Positions 49,041-61,030 of a DNA stretch of 64,000 nucleotides are shown here, piece by piece. Within the stretch, counting starts at the first letter, position 1. Every line of letters begins with the position of its first letter. This stretch comes from Felis catus. Its lineage: Eukaryota. The notes under the pieces were generated by a model. It saw only the letters and a list, made by a program, of their open reading frames with translations. It had not been told where the DNA came from and did no database searches. The stretch spans positions 55,120,001 through 55,184,000 of the forward strand of contig NC_058368.1 in assembly GCF_018350175.1 (NCBI RefSeq), written 5' to 3'. Both the position numbers and the translations under genes were made by a program.

Positions 49041-51498
49041 ATATGATCACAATTTTGAAATATAGAAAGTACAGAAATTTTATAAACAAGGCTCATAAAG
49101 CTTTCTTTGCCAATGGTAGCATTTGGTATAGTTCCCATATTTTCCTATGTCAATTTATATATTTCCTATGATAGGACTGATACTTAAATTCATTTTTAAA
49201 TGTCTGCATCATATAGCATTGAGTACACCTTAAATTACTGAATTATTTTTTGGACATCAAAAGTCGCATTTTATGCATATAGATTTTTCTATATATTAAG
49301 ATATTGTCTCTTGACAGATGCAGATATCCATATAACGATGAGCATTATAACTGACTTAGATTATAAAAATATTTTTCTTCCTTACAATACATCACAAATT
49401 TTTTTGAGGCTTCCCAAATTTGTTATGCATCACTAAAATATGTAAAAAATTGTTTCTTCATACTCCTGCTCAGACATATCATGGCTTTCTTTGGTCTTGT
49501 TTTGTTTTGTTTTCTAATTTGATCAGAAGAAAATTTCTTGGGATTAGAGATTTAATTAATATTTCTTTAGAAGAATTGAAGTTTTTACACCACTATAATT
49601 AATTGTCTAATCATGCTCATTGCTTAGAAAAACATCTTAAGAACAACAATTTCCATAAAACTAATGGAATGTTGATATAAAAATCATCCAATCTATCCAG
49701 ACACTGGCAAACTGCCCAACCAATGACACCACATTCTGTGTTATTTGTCTTTTTCCCCCCTGTTAAATGGAAAAAGACATTTTACTTTTTCTCTATTAGT
49801 TATATACTAATCATCACTCCCACCAACACATACATACACTTCTGTCACCTGGTCCAGTGATTTGCACTCAATCAATGTTTGTTAAATACAGTCTGCCAAT
49901 TGAAAATATGAACAAATACATCTCTCCTGCAATGATTGTCCAAAGCACATTGCTGTGAAATATAAGCACTTCTGATACTTGGTAAAGTGAATTTCAGACT
50001 ATTGTTTGAAATATAAAAAGATGACCTTCAATTTCTGTTTTTTCTCAATTTCTTGGTTTTAATGTAGCATGGAAAGATAGATGTTATGTTTCTGTGGATC
50101 TTGCTGAATCTTTAAGTATAGAACTCCTAAAGAGCAAGCTTTCCAAAATCATGGTCCTTAATATGCTCCTTGAAGTGTGAATTAAGCACATAATCAGTAT
50201 ATCTAGGTAATAGTCACATTCAATAAGCTACATTTTCCAGGTTTTTATGTTTACTAAATCCATTTTTTTTTCCTTTCAGACAGGATAAGTATGAAAACAA
50301 AGATTATGAGAATGCCTTTAGTAGCAACCCCATATTAATGCAAAATCATTTTTCCTATTTCTAAAATAATTGGTTTTTGTGTTTTCATTGGGAGAGATGC
50401 AAATATGATTCAAAAATTAAAGATTTGGGGGAGAAAGAAGAAAAGGATAGAAGGAGAAAAGAAAAATAAGAGGAATCATTATAGCACTTCTTAGATGCAT
50501 ATAATATAAAATGTGTTACCTTTTTAATTTAAGAGACAAGAATACAATTCAAGGTAGATTTGTTAACCTCCAAGTAACTAAATTAATGGCTTAAAGTAAT
50601 TGAAAATCTGTAAATGACAACCTTTGTTATATTGTATGTAATTTTTTTAAAAAAATATACTTTAAAAGGACAAAATAATGATTTCTTTTTAGTATTAAGT
50701 GAATAAATGTATCATTAAAAGTGAGCCGTTCTGTTCTTTTTTCATTGCTCTCAGATTTACTATAATTTCCTCATATGAAATCTTTACCTCCCTGAATAAC
50801 CACTAAGAATTTATTTACAACAATGTAAGTTCTTATCTTTACTCCCAGAATAGATTTTACTCTTTGTATTTCTTCCTAGTCTTCACTGAGGTGTCTTTTA
50901 TTATGGGACCGATTAATTAAAAATATTTGGTCAGGGTCATATATTTAATTCTATTGACTTTCAACTACTTAAAGACACATTGGCTCAAGACTTGTATGTA
51001 TGTGTAAGAAAATGTTGACAACTTTATATCAAACTGCTTCACACATCCTACAAGATAATCAAAAAACAGAGAACACTAAAATTCAATTTACATGTAACTG
51101 GGGAAACCAACACTTGAAAATAGCAGACGCAAGTGTGGATCCCATTCATGAAGAGTAGCAAATTTTAAGAAGTCTACAGGAGACGAGAAGGTTGTATAAA
51201 GGAACCCCTAAGAGTGGTGAAATGTAAATAAAACTACCCCCAGAGGCAGTATCCTGCCCTAGGTAAGGACGCTGAGAATGGATCTGATCTGGTGCATCAA
51301 AAAGAAAGGGTGTGAAAAGTACACAACTCCAGAGGAAACAATATACAGAAGCACATCCAGAAACAAGGAGGAAAAAGAGAGGGGTTTGGTGGTGAAAAGG
51401 GAGAAGTAATCATGCTGTTCAAGTTCATAAACCTTTGAAAACAAGACAGTATCATTGAATCACAAGCAGAAGGCACAATGACCAGTCCCCCCACTCAC

Positions 51499-51501
<3 letters not shown>

Positions 51502-51551
<50 letters not shown>
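51502..51551. repeat. (CA)25 microsatellite
   Basis: Seen directly. Confidence 0.97.
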
Positions 51552-51555
<4 letters not shown>

Positions 51556-51933
51556 TACCATTTATTAAAGAGCTGAACTTCACTGCAACTCCAAAATGGA
51601 AGGCTCTTAAAGAAAATAAATTCACCATCCCAACTCCTCACCTCACTCCACCCAATATGTTACTGCTGGCATAAAAAAGCCTGCAAAACTTTTTATGAAC
51701 AATAAAAAACAATTTATATTCACGCAAAATTACTGTAAGAATTAAAAAAGTGCCAGTCAATAATTTTAGGTATGAAAAAATAGAACTTCCTGCTGGCAGG
51801 GGACAGGTATGGAGAGGACCTGTCAAAGAGAGGTAAATGACACATCCTTTCTGCCTTTAATGAAAAAAATTAAATATGAAACTAGATATGTGAAAGAAAC
51901 TCACCTAATTTGATATAAAAACTCCTGACTGTA

Positions 51934-52157
51934 GGGGCGCCTGGGTGGCTCAGTCGGTTGAACGTCTGACTTCGGCTCAGGTTATGCTCTCATAGTTCCT
52001 GAGTTCAAGCCCTGTGTCGGGCTCTGTGCTGACAGCTCAGAGCCTGGAGCCTGCTTCGGATTCTGTGTCTCCCTCTCTCTTCCCCTTCCCCACTCATGCT
52101 CTGTCTCTCTATCTCTCAAAAATGAATAAACGTTAAAAAAAATTTTTTAAAAACAAC
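51934..52157 (+). mobile_element. CAN-SINE (SINEC_Fc-like)
   Basis: Perfect TSD aactcctgactgta at 51920-51933 and 52158-52171. Confidence 0.97.
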
Positions 52158-52301
52158 AACTCCTGACTGTAATGTACAAGTAAAAAAAAGATATAAGAAC
52201 AAACTGAACAAAAGAAAAACAACTGAAAAAAAAGACATCATCTCAGAGATATTACAAGGTACCAATGAAAGAATAGGAAAAAACCTTTCAGCAACTCTAG
52301 G

Positions 52302-52387
<86 letters not shown>
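52302..52387. repeat. Compound (CA)n(GA)n microsatellite
   Basis: Seen directly. Confidence 0.97.
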
Positions 52388-52391
<4 letters not shown>

Positions 52392-52680
52392 TCACACTGG
52401 GAAATGCAAATTTCAAAAGCTAATAGGGTGTTTTGGTCTATTTAATAGTAAAAGTTTAATAGCATAATAACCAAAGTCCCAGATCTGGTTGATTCATAAT
52501 GCTAAATATGGGCTCCAACCTGGGACTTTCTCTCATTTAGCAAAGTCTTTATTAGAGAGATGCCTACACTTAGTCTAATGTGTGATCTGTCTTGTGAGAG
52601 ACTGAATTGAAAGCATTTGAAAACAGTAGTTGGAAGTAAAAGGAAGAGATAACATGCCCTTTACCTGAAAGTTATTCTCA

Positions 52681-52860
52681 GGGTGACTGGGTGGTTCAGT
52701 CTGTTCATGATTTCACAGTTTGTGGGCTCGAGCCCTGCGTTGGGCCCTGTGCTGACAGCTCAGAGCCTGGAGCCTGCTTCGGATTCTGTGTCTTCTCTCT
52801 GCCTCTCCCCTGTTCATGCTCTGTCTCTCAAAAGTAAATAAATGTTAAAAATATTTTTTA
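52681..52860 (+). mobile_element. CAN-SINE with internal deletion
   Basis: TSD aaagttattctca at 52668-52680 and 52861-52873. Confidence 0.95.
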
Positions 52861-53082
52861 AAAGTTATTCTCAAGTATGGGGGCTAATTCTGACCTTTTC
52901 TAGAAGGAATATATATGCATGAGGTGTCCCAAAAAATTAAGCTGCTGAATTAAAATTAAACTTAGTCTTAAAGGAGCCTTAGAGTAGTTACATAACATAG
53001 GAAGACAGAGAAACTAAGGAAATGCATTCTAAGCAGATGTTTCAGGATGGATGGATGCACAGACTAAAGCAAAGAATGGTTT

Positions 53083-53297
53083 GGGGGCACCCAGGTGGCT
53101 CAGTCAGTTAAGTGTCTGACTCTTGATCTCGGCTCAATTCATGTGGTTTAGGAGTTCGAGCCCCACATCGAGCTTTGCTCTGATAATGTGGAGCCTGCTT
53201 GGATTTTCTCTCTCCCTCTTTCTCTGCCCCTCCCCCAATCGTGCTTGCTCTCTCTGTCTCTCTCAGAATACATAAATAAACTTTTTTAAAAAAAGAG
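53083..53297 (+). mobile_element. CAN-SINE
   Basis: ggggcacccaggtggctcag head, CT tract, A tail. Confidence 0.94.
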
Positions 53298-53519
53298 AAG
53301 AATTTTTTTTCAGGCAAATGTGTAGCTAGAGTTTAAGATAACATGGATAGGAAAAAAAAGATTACATGTATAGGTCAGGCGAAAGGAATGACAGGAAATA
53401 AAGTTGAAAAGGTTTTGATAGGGTACATTTATGAAGGGTCTTAAAAATCATGGTAAAGATTTGAGAATTCACTTAAGCTGCAAGATGAACTTGAAGGATT
53501 AGAAAATAGCTTTTTTGGG

Positions 53520-53728
53520 GGGTGCCTGGGTAGCTTAGTTGGTTGAGTGTCTGATTTTGGCTCAGGTCATAATCTCATGGTTCATGAGTTCCAGCCCTGT
53601 GTCGGGCTCTGTGCTGACAGCTCAGAGACTGGAGTCTGCTCTAGATTCTGTGTCTCCCCCTCTCTCTTTCCCTCCCCCACTCATGCTCTCTCTCTCTCTT
53701 AAAAATAAACAGTAAAAAAATTAAAAAA
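53520..53728 (+). mobile_element. CAN-SINE (SINEC_Fc-like)
   Basis: ggggtgcctgggtagct head. TSD begins agaaaatag. Confidence 0.95.
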
Positions 53729-53957
53729 AGAAAATAGGGTTTTTCTTAAAGAAAAGTAGGAACAATAGAGCAAGGACAGACACTATTTTGTTACTCAATA
53801 TTATACATGAGATAAAATGAGGCTGTACTAGGGACAATATGATAGAGGTGGAGATGCATCCTAAATATGTTCCCCTGGATCTGGATGAAAGTTAGTAGAC
53901 AGCAATGCTTTTAGCTTGTGGGGAAATAAAGTAGGAAAATAAAAATAGGAGTATCTT

Positions 53958-54119
53958 GGGGCTCCTGGGTGGCTCAGTTGGTTAAGAGGTTAAACTCTTG
54001 ATTTTTGACTCAGGTCATGATCTCTCAATTGGTGAGATTGAGCGTTGGGCTCTTCACTGACAGCAAGAGCCTGCTTGGGATTTCTCTCTCCCTCTCTCTC
54101 TCTGCCCTTCCCCCATTTG

Positions 54120-54168
<49 letters not shown>

Positions 54169-54170
54169 AA

Positions 54171-54201
<31 letters not shown>

Positions 54202-54209
54202 ACTTACAA
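53958..54209 (+). mobile_element. CAN-SINE with expanded (CT)n and (TAAA)n
   Basis: ggggctcctgggtggctcag head. TSD aatag(g/a)agtatct. Confidence 0.95.
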
Positions 54210-54294
54210 AGAATAGAAGTATCTAGTAAGAAGTTGGAAAATAGACCACAAGTTCAAAAGAGAGAGATAGGACTGAAGATTTGAGAGGCATAAA

Positions 54295-54530
54295 AATAGT
54301 AGTTACTATGTATGGATTGCCTTCTGTGAGTCAGATAGTTGTCATGCATTATTTCATGTAATCCTCAAAATCTTCAAAGCAGAAAGTTTGCCCTTTTAAA
54401 ACTGAGACTCGATCTGAAAGGGATTAAAAACTTGCCCAAAGTCACACAATTAGTAAGCCACAAATTTAGTAAGCAGCTTAACCAAGGTTGCATATTTGGA
54501 ATGTTTCAAACTTATGCTTCTTTTGAATAT
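54295..54530 (-). mobile_element. MIR
   Basis: 'catgcattatttcatgtaatcctcaaaa', 'attaaaaacttgcccaaagtcacacaattagtaag'. Confidence 0.8.
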
Positions 54531-54909
54531 ACTTTGTGTCTGTATTTTACTGATAATTGAAACAGTGGAAGCAGATAGCCATATCTTATTAAAGACAATA
54601 TCCAAATTACATTCAAGTACAGATACATAGCAATATTTTTCCTTATCCACCACAGCTAAGTATCATGGACATCATGTGTTAATACATACAGAAACATAGA
54701 CACACAATCCTATGATTTAGGTTTATGATTTCGGTATGTTTTTGTAAAATTTCTTTTAACTTTTTATCTTTTGTCATCACTTAAATCATTCAGATACTTT
54801 TGCTGTGGGTGAAATTTGAACTATGATAGTACCATTTTAGTTTGCCTCTATAAATTAAGCTATTGAAAGGTATTAATATCAAATTATTTATAAATGAATG
54901 CAGCAAAGG

Positions 54910-55295
54910 CTGCTACTAGTTTACCAAAACCTCATTTTTTTTCTTCTTCAGCATACACCTATTCTACATTTCCCAACCTCCCTTGATTTATATAGACCCC
55001 TATGACTGCCTTCTAGACAGTGTTACAATAAATGATGGTTTCTATTTGAAGACAAAGCTTAGTAAGTATTTTCCTTCCCAGACTGTCTCTCTTTATTCTA
55101 GCTGGATTCCTGCTAGACCTGGAGGATGAGAGAGTCAAATGATTTAAAAGACTTGGACTTTTGACTCACACCATAAAGGAGAGCTACATGCTAATCAGGA
55201 AAACCACACGGGACTGTTACACAACTAAGAAATAAATGCCTGCCATGTTTGCGATATTTATCATGTTGGGGTATTTATTATTATGACCTAGCTAT
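54910..55295 (+). mobile_element. Old MaLR LTR (MLT1H/I/J-like)
   Basis: 'ctacatttcccaacctcccttg', 'ggagagctac', 'gaaataaatg...ttggggtatttattatt'. Confidence 0.7.
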
Positions 55296-55456
55296 CATAA
55301 AAAATTGACATATAAATAAGTATCATTATTTTAAAGGGTTCAGATTTTCATGCTCCTAATTTGTAGTAAAATTAGAAACTTACAAACAATTTAAAATCTA
55401 TAATTTTGATTTTAGTCTCAACTGATTGCCAATTTACACATGAAAGAGGCATGATT

Positions 55457-55703
55457 GGGGCGCCTGGGTGGCGCAGTCGGTTAAGCGTCCCACTTCAGCC
55501 AGGTCACGATCTCGCGGTCCGTGAGTTCGAGCCCCGCGTCAGGCTCTGTGCTGATGGCTCAGAGCCTGGAGCGTGTTTCCAATTCTGTGTCTCCCTCTCT
55601 CTCTGCCCCTCCCCCGTTCATGCTCTGTCTCTCTCTGTCCCAAAAATAAATAAACGTTGAAAAAAAAAATTAAAAAAAAATAAAAATAGAAAAAAATAAA
55701 AAA
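55457..55703 (+). mobile_element. Young felid CAN-SINE
   Basis: CpG-rich 'ggggcgcctgggtggcgcagtcggttaagcgtcc...cagccaggtcacgatctcgcggtccgtgagttcgagccccgcgtc', long A tail. Perfect TSD gaaagaggcatgatt at 55442-55456 and 55704-55718. Confidence 0.98.
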
Positions 55704-56659
55704 GAAAGAGGCATGATTGCCAAGTTAGTTTATAGTGAATATTGTAAAAGTACTTCAACGACTGTGCTGACAGGATAAAACTGTCAAAAACCTTTGCCTC
55801 TAATATCCCTATATGTGTAAGATGATCCTTACACTATGATTATAATTAACACATGGCTTTCTTTTCTTTCTATTGTAGCATCTATGCAGCACAACATAAA
55901 CGAAAGCAATTTTGCTCATCGTTACTAAGCTTTGAGAACTAGATGTGGTATTCCAGTTACTCATTTATGAAACTATGTAGAAAGTAAAATTTGTTGTGAG
56001 GAAATTGTGAAAGGACAAGAGAAATCTTCATAACTGGATCTTGGCATAACAAAGAAGTCCTTGAAACACTCAGACTTGAAATAAACTACTGTAATTTTCT
56101 CAGGAGCTTTTTGGTCCCAATTAAGCTTGTCTATTGTGACTGAATTTTAATTAGTATGGATGTTTGTACTTCAGAAATTCAGAGTTTGAATTAAACTTCA
56201 TAAATTTGTGAAACAAAAAGAAAAAAAGAATAATTCAAGAAGCTTAGGATTTTAATGAGGGCATTTGAAAATGCTGGCATTCTTCCTCTCATAGCTGCTG
56301 TGTCATATGCCAAAATGCTTCTATAAAACTGGTTTGAAGATCCAGACTGAATTAACTATTCAGTTGAGTCAAATGTTCAAAAATGTTCAAACACCACCAA
56401 AGGCACTGTTTGAGAAATTAATACGTTAGTGGAATTATTTGGTTTTTAAATTTTTAACAAATGATCAAGTAGCTCCATAGGGATGCAGACTTGAAGTGTT
56501 TTTCAAATTGTATTTTTGATTTCTGAACAATTCAAATTTTTGGAGGATTTTTCTGAGAAGCTAATGTCTATTGCACTTCGGTTACTTAAGATTACGAAAC
56601 TGGAAATGTGAGACAGTTTCAACAATAACTGTCTTTGTTTTATTTGTTTGTTGGCTTAA

Positions 56660-56765
56660 AATAAATAAATAAAAATAAGAGACTACTTTATTGAGGTATG
56701 ACTGACAATCAAAAAACCGTACATATTTAATGTAAACAACTTGATGAATTTGGAGAGGTGTATAT
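56660..56765 (-). mobile_element. L1 (L1MB-like) 3' terminal fragment
   Basis: 'actttattgaggtatgactgac...acatatttaatgtaaacaacttgatgaatttgga'. Confidence 0.8.
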
Positions 56766-56902
56766 ATTTGAATTTGCCTTTTCATTTGTCTGCTTTTTAA
56801 AAGATTGCTTAGGAAATGGTAACGTGGCAAAATCACCTTTTACCACCTGTGACAACTTTGAGCATGTAACTCTGACAGGACATAACTGAGATGCCTTAAA
56901 AC

Positions 56903-57087
56903 CAACGGTTTTCAAACTTATGTGTGTACCACAGTCATCTGGAGAGCTGGATAAGATACCATGTGCTAGGTCTAAACCCTGAGTTTCTAATCCAGTATTT
57001 CTAGGATCGGTGCCAAGTATTTGCATTTCTAATCGGTCCCCAGGTGAAGTGCTGTGTCTGGTCCAGAGTTCTGTCTGAAAACCACTG
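56903..57087. mobile_element. MER5A (hAT-Charlie MITE)
   Basis: Ends caacggttttcaaact ... tgaaaaccactg. Core 'gagtttctaatccagta...atttgcatttctaa...tccccaggtga'. Confidence 0.88.
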
Positions 57088-57184
57088 GCTGAAGCAATGA
57101 AGCCTACTTATTAACACTGGAACTGTCCATATATGACGGCATTTTAAAAAAATTAAATATATGTTTAAAACCTATAGTTTGTTA

Positions 57185-57521
57185 CAGATAACCCTTGAAC
57201 AATGTGAGGGCTAGGGGTGCTGACCTTCCACATAGTTAAAATGTGGGTATAACTTTTGACTCTCCCAAAACTTAACTGGTAACAGCCTACTGTTGACCAG
57301 AAGCCTTTCTGACAACACAGACACTTAGTTAACACATATTTTGTACATAATATGTGTTACATACTATATTTTTACAATAATGTAAGCTAGAGAAAATGAA
57401 TTGTTATTCAAATCATAAGGAAGGAAAAATACCTTTACGGTACCATAGTGTATTTGTCAAAAAACATCTGTGCATAAGTGGACCCATGCAGTTCATGCCT
57501 GTGTTGTTCACAGGTGAACTG
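57185..57521 (-). mobile_element. Tigger2a-like element, full length with TA TSD
   Basis: ta|cagataacccttgaacaa ... ttgttcacaggtgaactg|ta. Reverse-complement homologue of 2871-3439. Confidence 0.92.
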
Positions 57522-57717
57522 TATATCAAAATTAGGCTCCTTATTTCTACCAGGCATATGTCGGCTTTAATTATAAAAAATATATCTTTCCTGTATATAT
57601 TTATACAAAAGTGAAACATTATGGAAGGGAGTTTCAAAGGAAAGGGAATTTATATATACATAAAAGATATACAAATAATTATATGTACAAAAAGATATAC
57701 AAATACAAATACAAAAG

Positions 57718-57720
<3 letters not shown>

Positions 57721-57755
<35 letters not shown>
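57721..57755. repeat. (CA)n microsatellite
   Basis: Seen directly. Confidence 0.95.
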
Positions 57756-57757
<2 letters not shown>

Positions 57758-57819
57758 ATTTATTGTAACTTTATTGTAAATATAAACATTGTAGCTTATA
57801 CATATTTGTATTGATTCCT

Positions 57820-58600
57820 AATCATTTTTGTCATGGTAAAAAAAGTGCTCTGTAATATTTCAATATTTTCAATTTCATTGAGATTTGTTTTATGGTCCAG
57901 TTTGTGAATTATCTTGGTGAAACATGTTCAATTTACAAACTTTATAAATAATAGTTTTGGGTATAGTGTTTTGAACATGAAAATTAAGTCAAAATGATGG
58001 ATAGTGTCATTCAATAGCATCCTTCTTAGGTTTTGTATTTTATTTCAATTTCCCAGGGATGAATGGTAAAATCCAGAGATGAATGATAAATACGATTGCA
58101 GGTTTGGCTCTTTTTCTTTGTAGTACTGTCTGATTTTGCTTCGTGTATATTGAGGCTCTCTAACTGGGCACATATGCGTTTATGATTTTTATGTCTTCCT
58201 GTTCAAATGGCTCATTTATCATTATGAAATGTTACTATTTCTACCTTGTGGCGAAACCTATTGTTTCTTAAATTAAAAAGAGCCACAAAAATCTTCCTTT
58301 GATTAAGATTTCATGGTGTATTTTCCTTTCTTTTACTTTCAACCTATCTGTGAGTGTGTGTGTGTGTGTGTGTGCTGTGTTTCCTGTAGTTGGCATACAA
58401 TTGTACTCTTTTTTAAATCTCCTTTAAGTATGATAATTACTTCCCTTTACTGGATTACGTAGTTCATTTGTAAATGTAATTAGTGATATGTTTGTGTTTA
58501 CATACACCATTTTTATATTTATGTTCAGATTGTTTTAGGTGTTTTTTTAAAACTGCATTTTCTCTTTTCCATCTTTTACTTTTCAGCTTAACTTTTTTTT
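57820..58600 (-). mobile_element. Old L1 ORF2 endonuclease-region fragment, antisense
   Basis: 'ttgagatttgttttatggtcca', 'ttttgcttcgtgtatattgaggctct', 'tttatcattatgaaatg', 'ttttactttcaacctatctgtg'. Confidence 0.8.
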
Positions 58601-58619
58601 TTTTTAAGATGGGGGAACA

Positions 58620-59875
58620 TGTGCTATCCCTATCAAAATCCTAATGGCATTTTTTCACAGAAATAGAAAGAAAAAATTTACTTATTATAGAACCATTATT
58701 ATAGAAAGAAGAACAAAGCTGCAGGCATCATACTTCCTGATTTCAAAATATATTCCAAAGCTATAGTAATCATGACACTATGGTACCTGCAGACATTTAG
58801 ATCAATAGAACACAATAGAGAGCCCATAAATAAAGCCACACATAAACAGTCAACTGATCTTCAACAAGGGGGCCAAGAATATACAATGCAGAAATGATAG
58901 TGCCTTCAACAAATTGTGTTGGGAAAACTGAATACCTACTTGCAAAAGGATGAAATGGGACCTTTATCTTACCTAATACACAAAAATCAAGTAAAAAATG
59001 ATATAGAACCTAAATAAAGACCTGAAACTATAAAATTCCTAGAAGAGAACAAAGGGGAAAACTTCCTCATTTTAGTATTGGCAATGATTTTTTGGACATG
59101 GCATCAAAAGCACGGGCAAGAAAAGCAAAAATATACAGGTGAGACTACCTCAAATCAAAAATCTTCTGTACAGCAAAGGAAATAATCAACAGAATGAAAA
59201 GACAATCAATGGAATGGGAGAAAACATTTTCAAACCATAAATCTGATAAGAGGTTAATATCCAAAATACATAAGAAACTCCTATAACTCAATAGCAAAAA
59301 AGCAAATAACCCAATAAAAAATGGGTAAGGCCTTGAATAGACATTTTTTCCAAAGAAGACATACAAAGAGGGAACAGGTACATGAAAAAGTGCTCAACAT
59401 CACTAATCATCAGGAAAATATAAATCAAAACCACAATGATATATTACCTAATACCTTAGGTAACTATTATCAAAAAGACAAAAGATAGCAAGTACTGTCA
59501 AGGATGTGGAGAAAAAAAACAACTCTTGTATACTGTTGCCAGGAATGTAAACTGGCATAGTCACTATGAGAAGCAGGATGGATATTCCTTTAAAAATTAA
59601 AAATAGAAGTACCATATTGGGGCACTGGGCGGGTCAGTGGGTTAAGCATCTGACTCTTGATTTTGGCTCAGGTCACTATCTCACAGTTCATGGGATCAAG
59701 CACTGTGTTTGCTCTGGGATTAAAGCATGGAGCCAGCTTGGATTCTCTCTCTCCCTCTCTCTCTGTCCCTCGCCCCGTGCACATGTGCACATCCTTACTC
59801 TCTCAGAAATAAATAAACATTTTTAAAAAATTGAAAATGAACTACCATGTGACCCAACAACTCACTTCTTGGTTC
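58620..59875 (+). mobile_element. L1 (L1MA/MB-like) ORF2 3' fragment, sense
   Basis: 'atccctatcaaaatcctaatggcatttttt', 'caactgatcttcaacaaggg', 'cctgaaactataaaattcctagaaga', 'gaactaccatgtgacccaacaa'. Confidence 0.92.
59619..59832 (+). mobile_element. CAN-SINE inserted in L1
   Basis: ggggcactgggcgggtcag head. TSD aaaat(a)gaa(g/c)taccat. Confidence 0.93.
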
Positions 59876-59899
59876 TCAAGGATACGGAAAAATTTTACC

Positions 59900-61030
59900 T
59901 ACTTTTTAAAGGTATCACTTGCTTCCACCATTTTTAAATTTTTTTCATTATAATTATTATACTTTTAGTGTTTGCTTTAAAGGTTGTAATATGCATCATT
60001 ACATTTTGAATGAATCTGTTAAATTTAAAATCACTACTTCTTCAGTTTTTAGACCCATTGTCTCTGTAAAGATTCCTGATACTTACTATAGCACTAGAAA
60101 CTTTCTCATAATCCCTGATATTTTTCTATAACTCATGAAAATTCTAGCATTTTATGACTTGTTTTTCCCTTTGAGTTTCCATTTGAATAGCTTCTATTGC
60201 TAAATTGTTCATGTTCACTGTTTTTTTTTTCTTCAGTATCCAATCTCCTAATAAACACATCCAATAAAATGTTCATTTCATTTCCCTGTACATTTGACTT
60301 ACAGACTTCTTCATTTGGCTCTTTTTATCACTTTTATTTTCCCCCTATGAGTCCTCATCTTTATTTTTTAGTACCATCTGCTACTATTAAGTCCTTAAAT
60401 ACATTTATGATAGTTTTTTCAAGCCCTTTACTATTTCTATAATCAAATGCTCTACCTCTGAACTGTAGCACCAAGTTCTTTGTTATTTCTAACACCTGGA
60501 TTTGAACTATGTTGTCTTTCTTTAAAAAGTTTACTTTTGTTCTAAAAGGGAGTTAATCTATGGCAGCTTTTCTTGACCATTTTGAGGCTTCAAATTAGTC
60601 TTTGTTTTGGGGGTCAGGTTTAGAGAAGTCCTTACCATGTGATGTGGTCGTTGGTTTTAAGATGTGACCAGTCTCTTGTCTCAAAAGAATGTTGAGTTAT
60701 TATCGAAGTCTCTCTTACATGGATCACAGTGTCAAAGTCTGCAGCTCCATGTGCCTGCTTCATTCTGTAGCAGCTGCTTTCTGTTTGGCCTTGCGAAGTT
60801 TCACCCTGAAAATGAGGAAAGCAGTGCTTGCTCAAAGATCCTTGGGAAACACCAGTCTCATACAGTTCCCTCCTTCTGATGCATTGTCTGTAAGTGCCAC
60901 CTGCCAACAGTATCCTTGAACTCCACTGTCTGTCTTTTCCTTTCAGTAGAACCTCTGTGTTCTCCTTAGGCTTCACCACCCTGAGACAAGTTTGAGAATT
61001 GATCTCTATGTAGAAATTATCTATGGGGTA
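59900..61030 (-). mobile_element. Old L1 ORF1/5' region, antisense (likely continuation of 57820-58600)
   Basis: 'ttcttcagtatccaatctcctaataaacacatccaataaaatgttcatttca...ttcatttggctctttt'. Confidence 0.6.
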
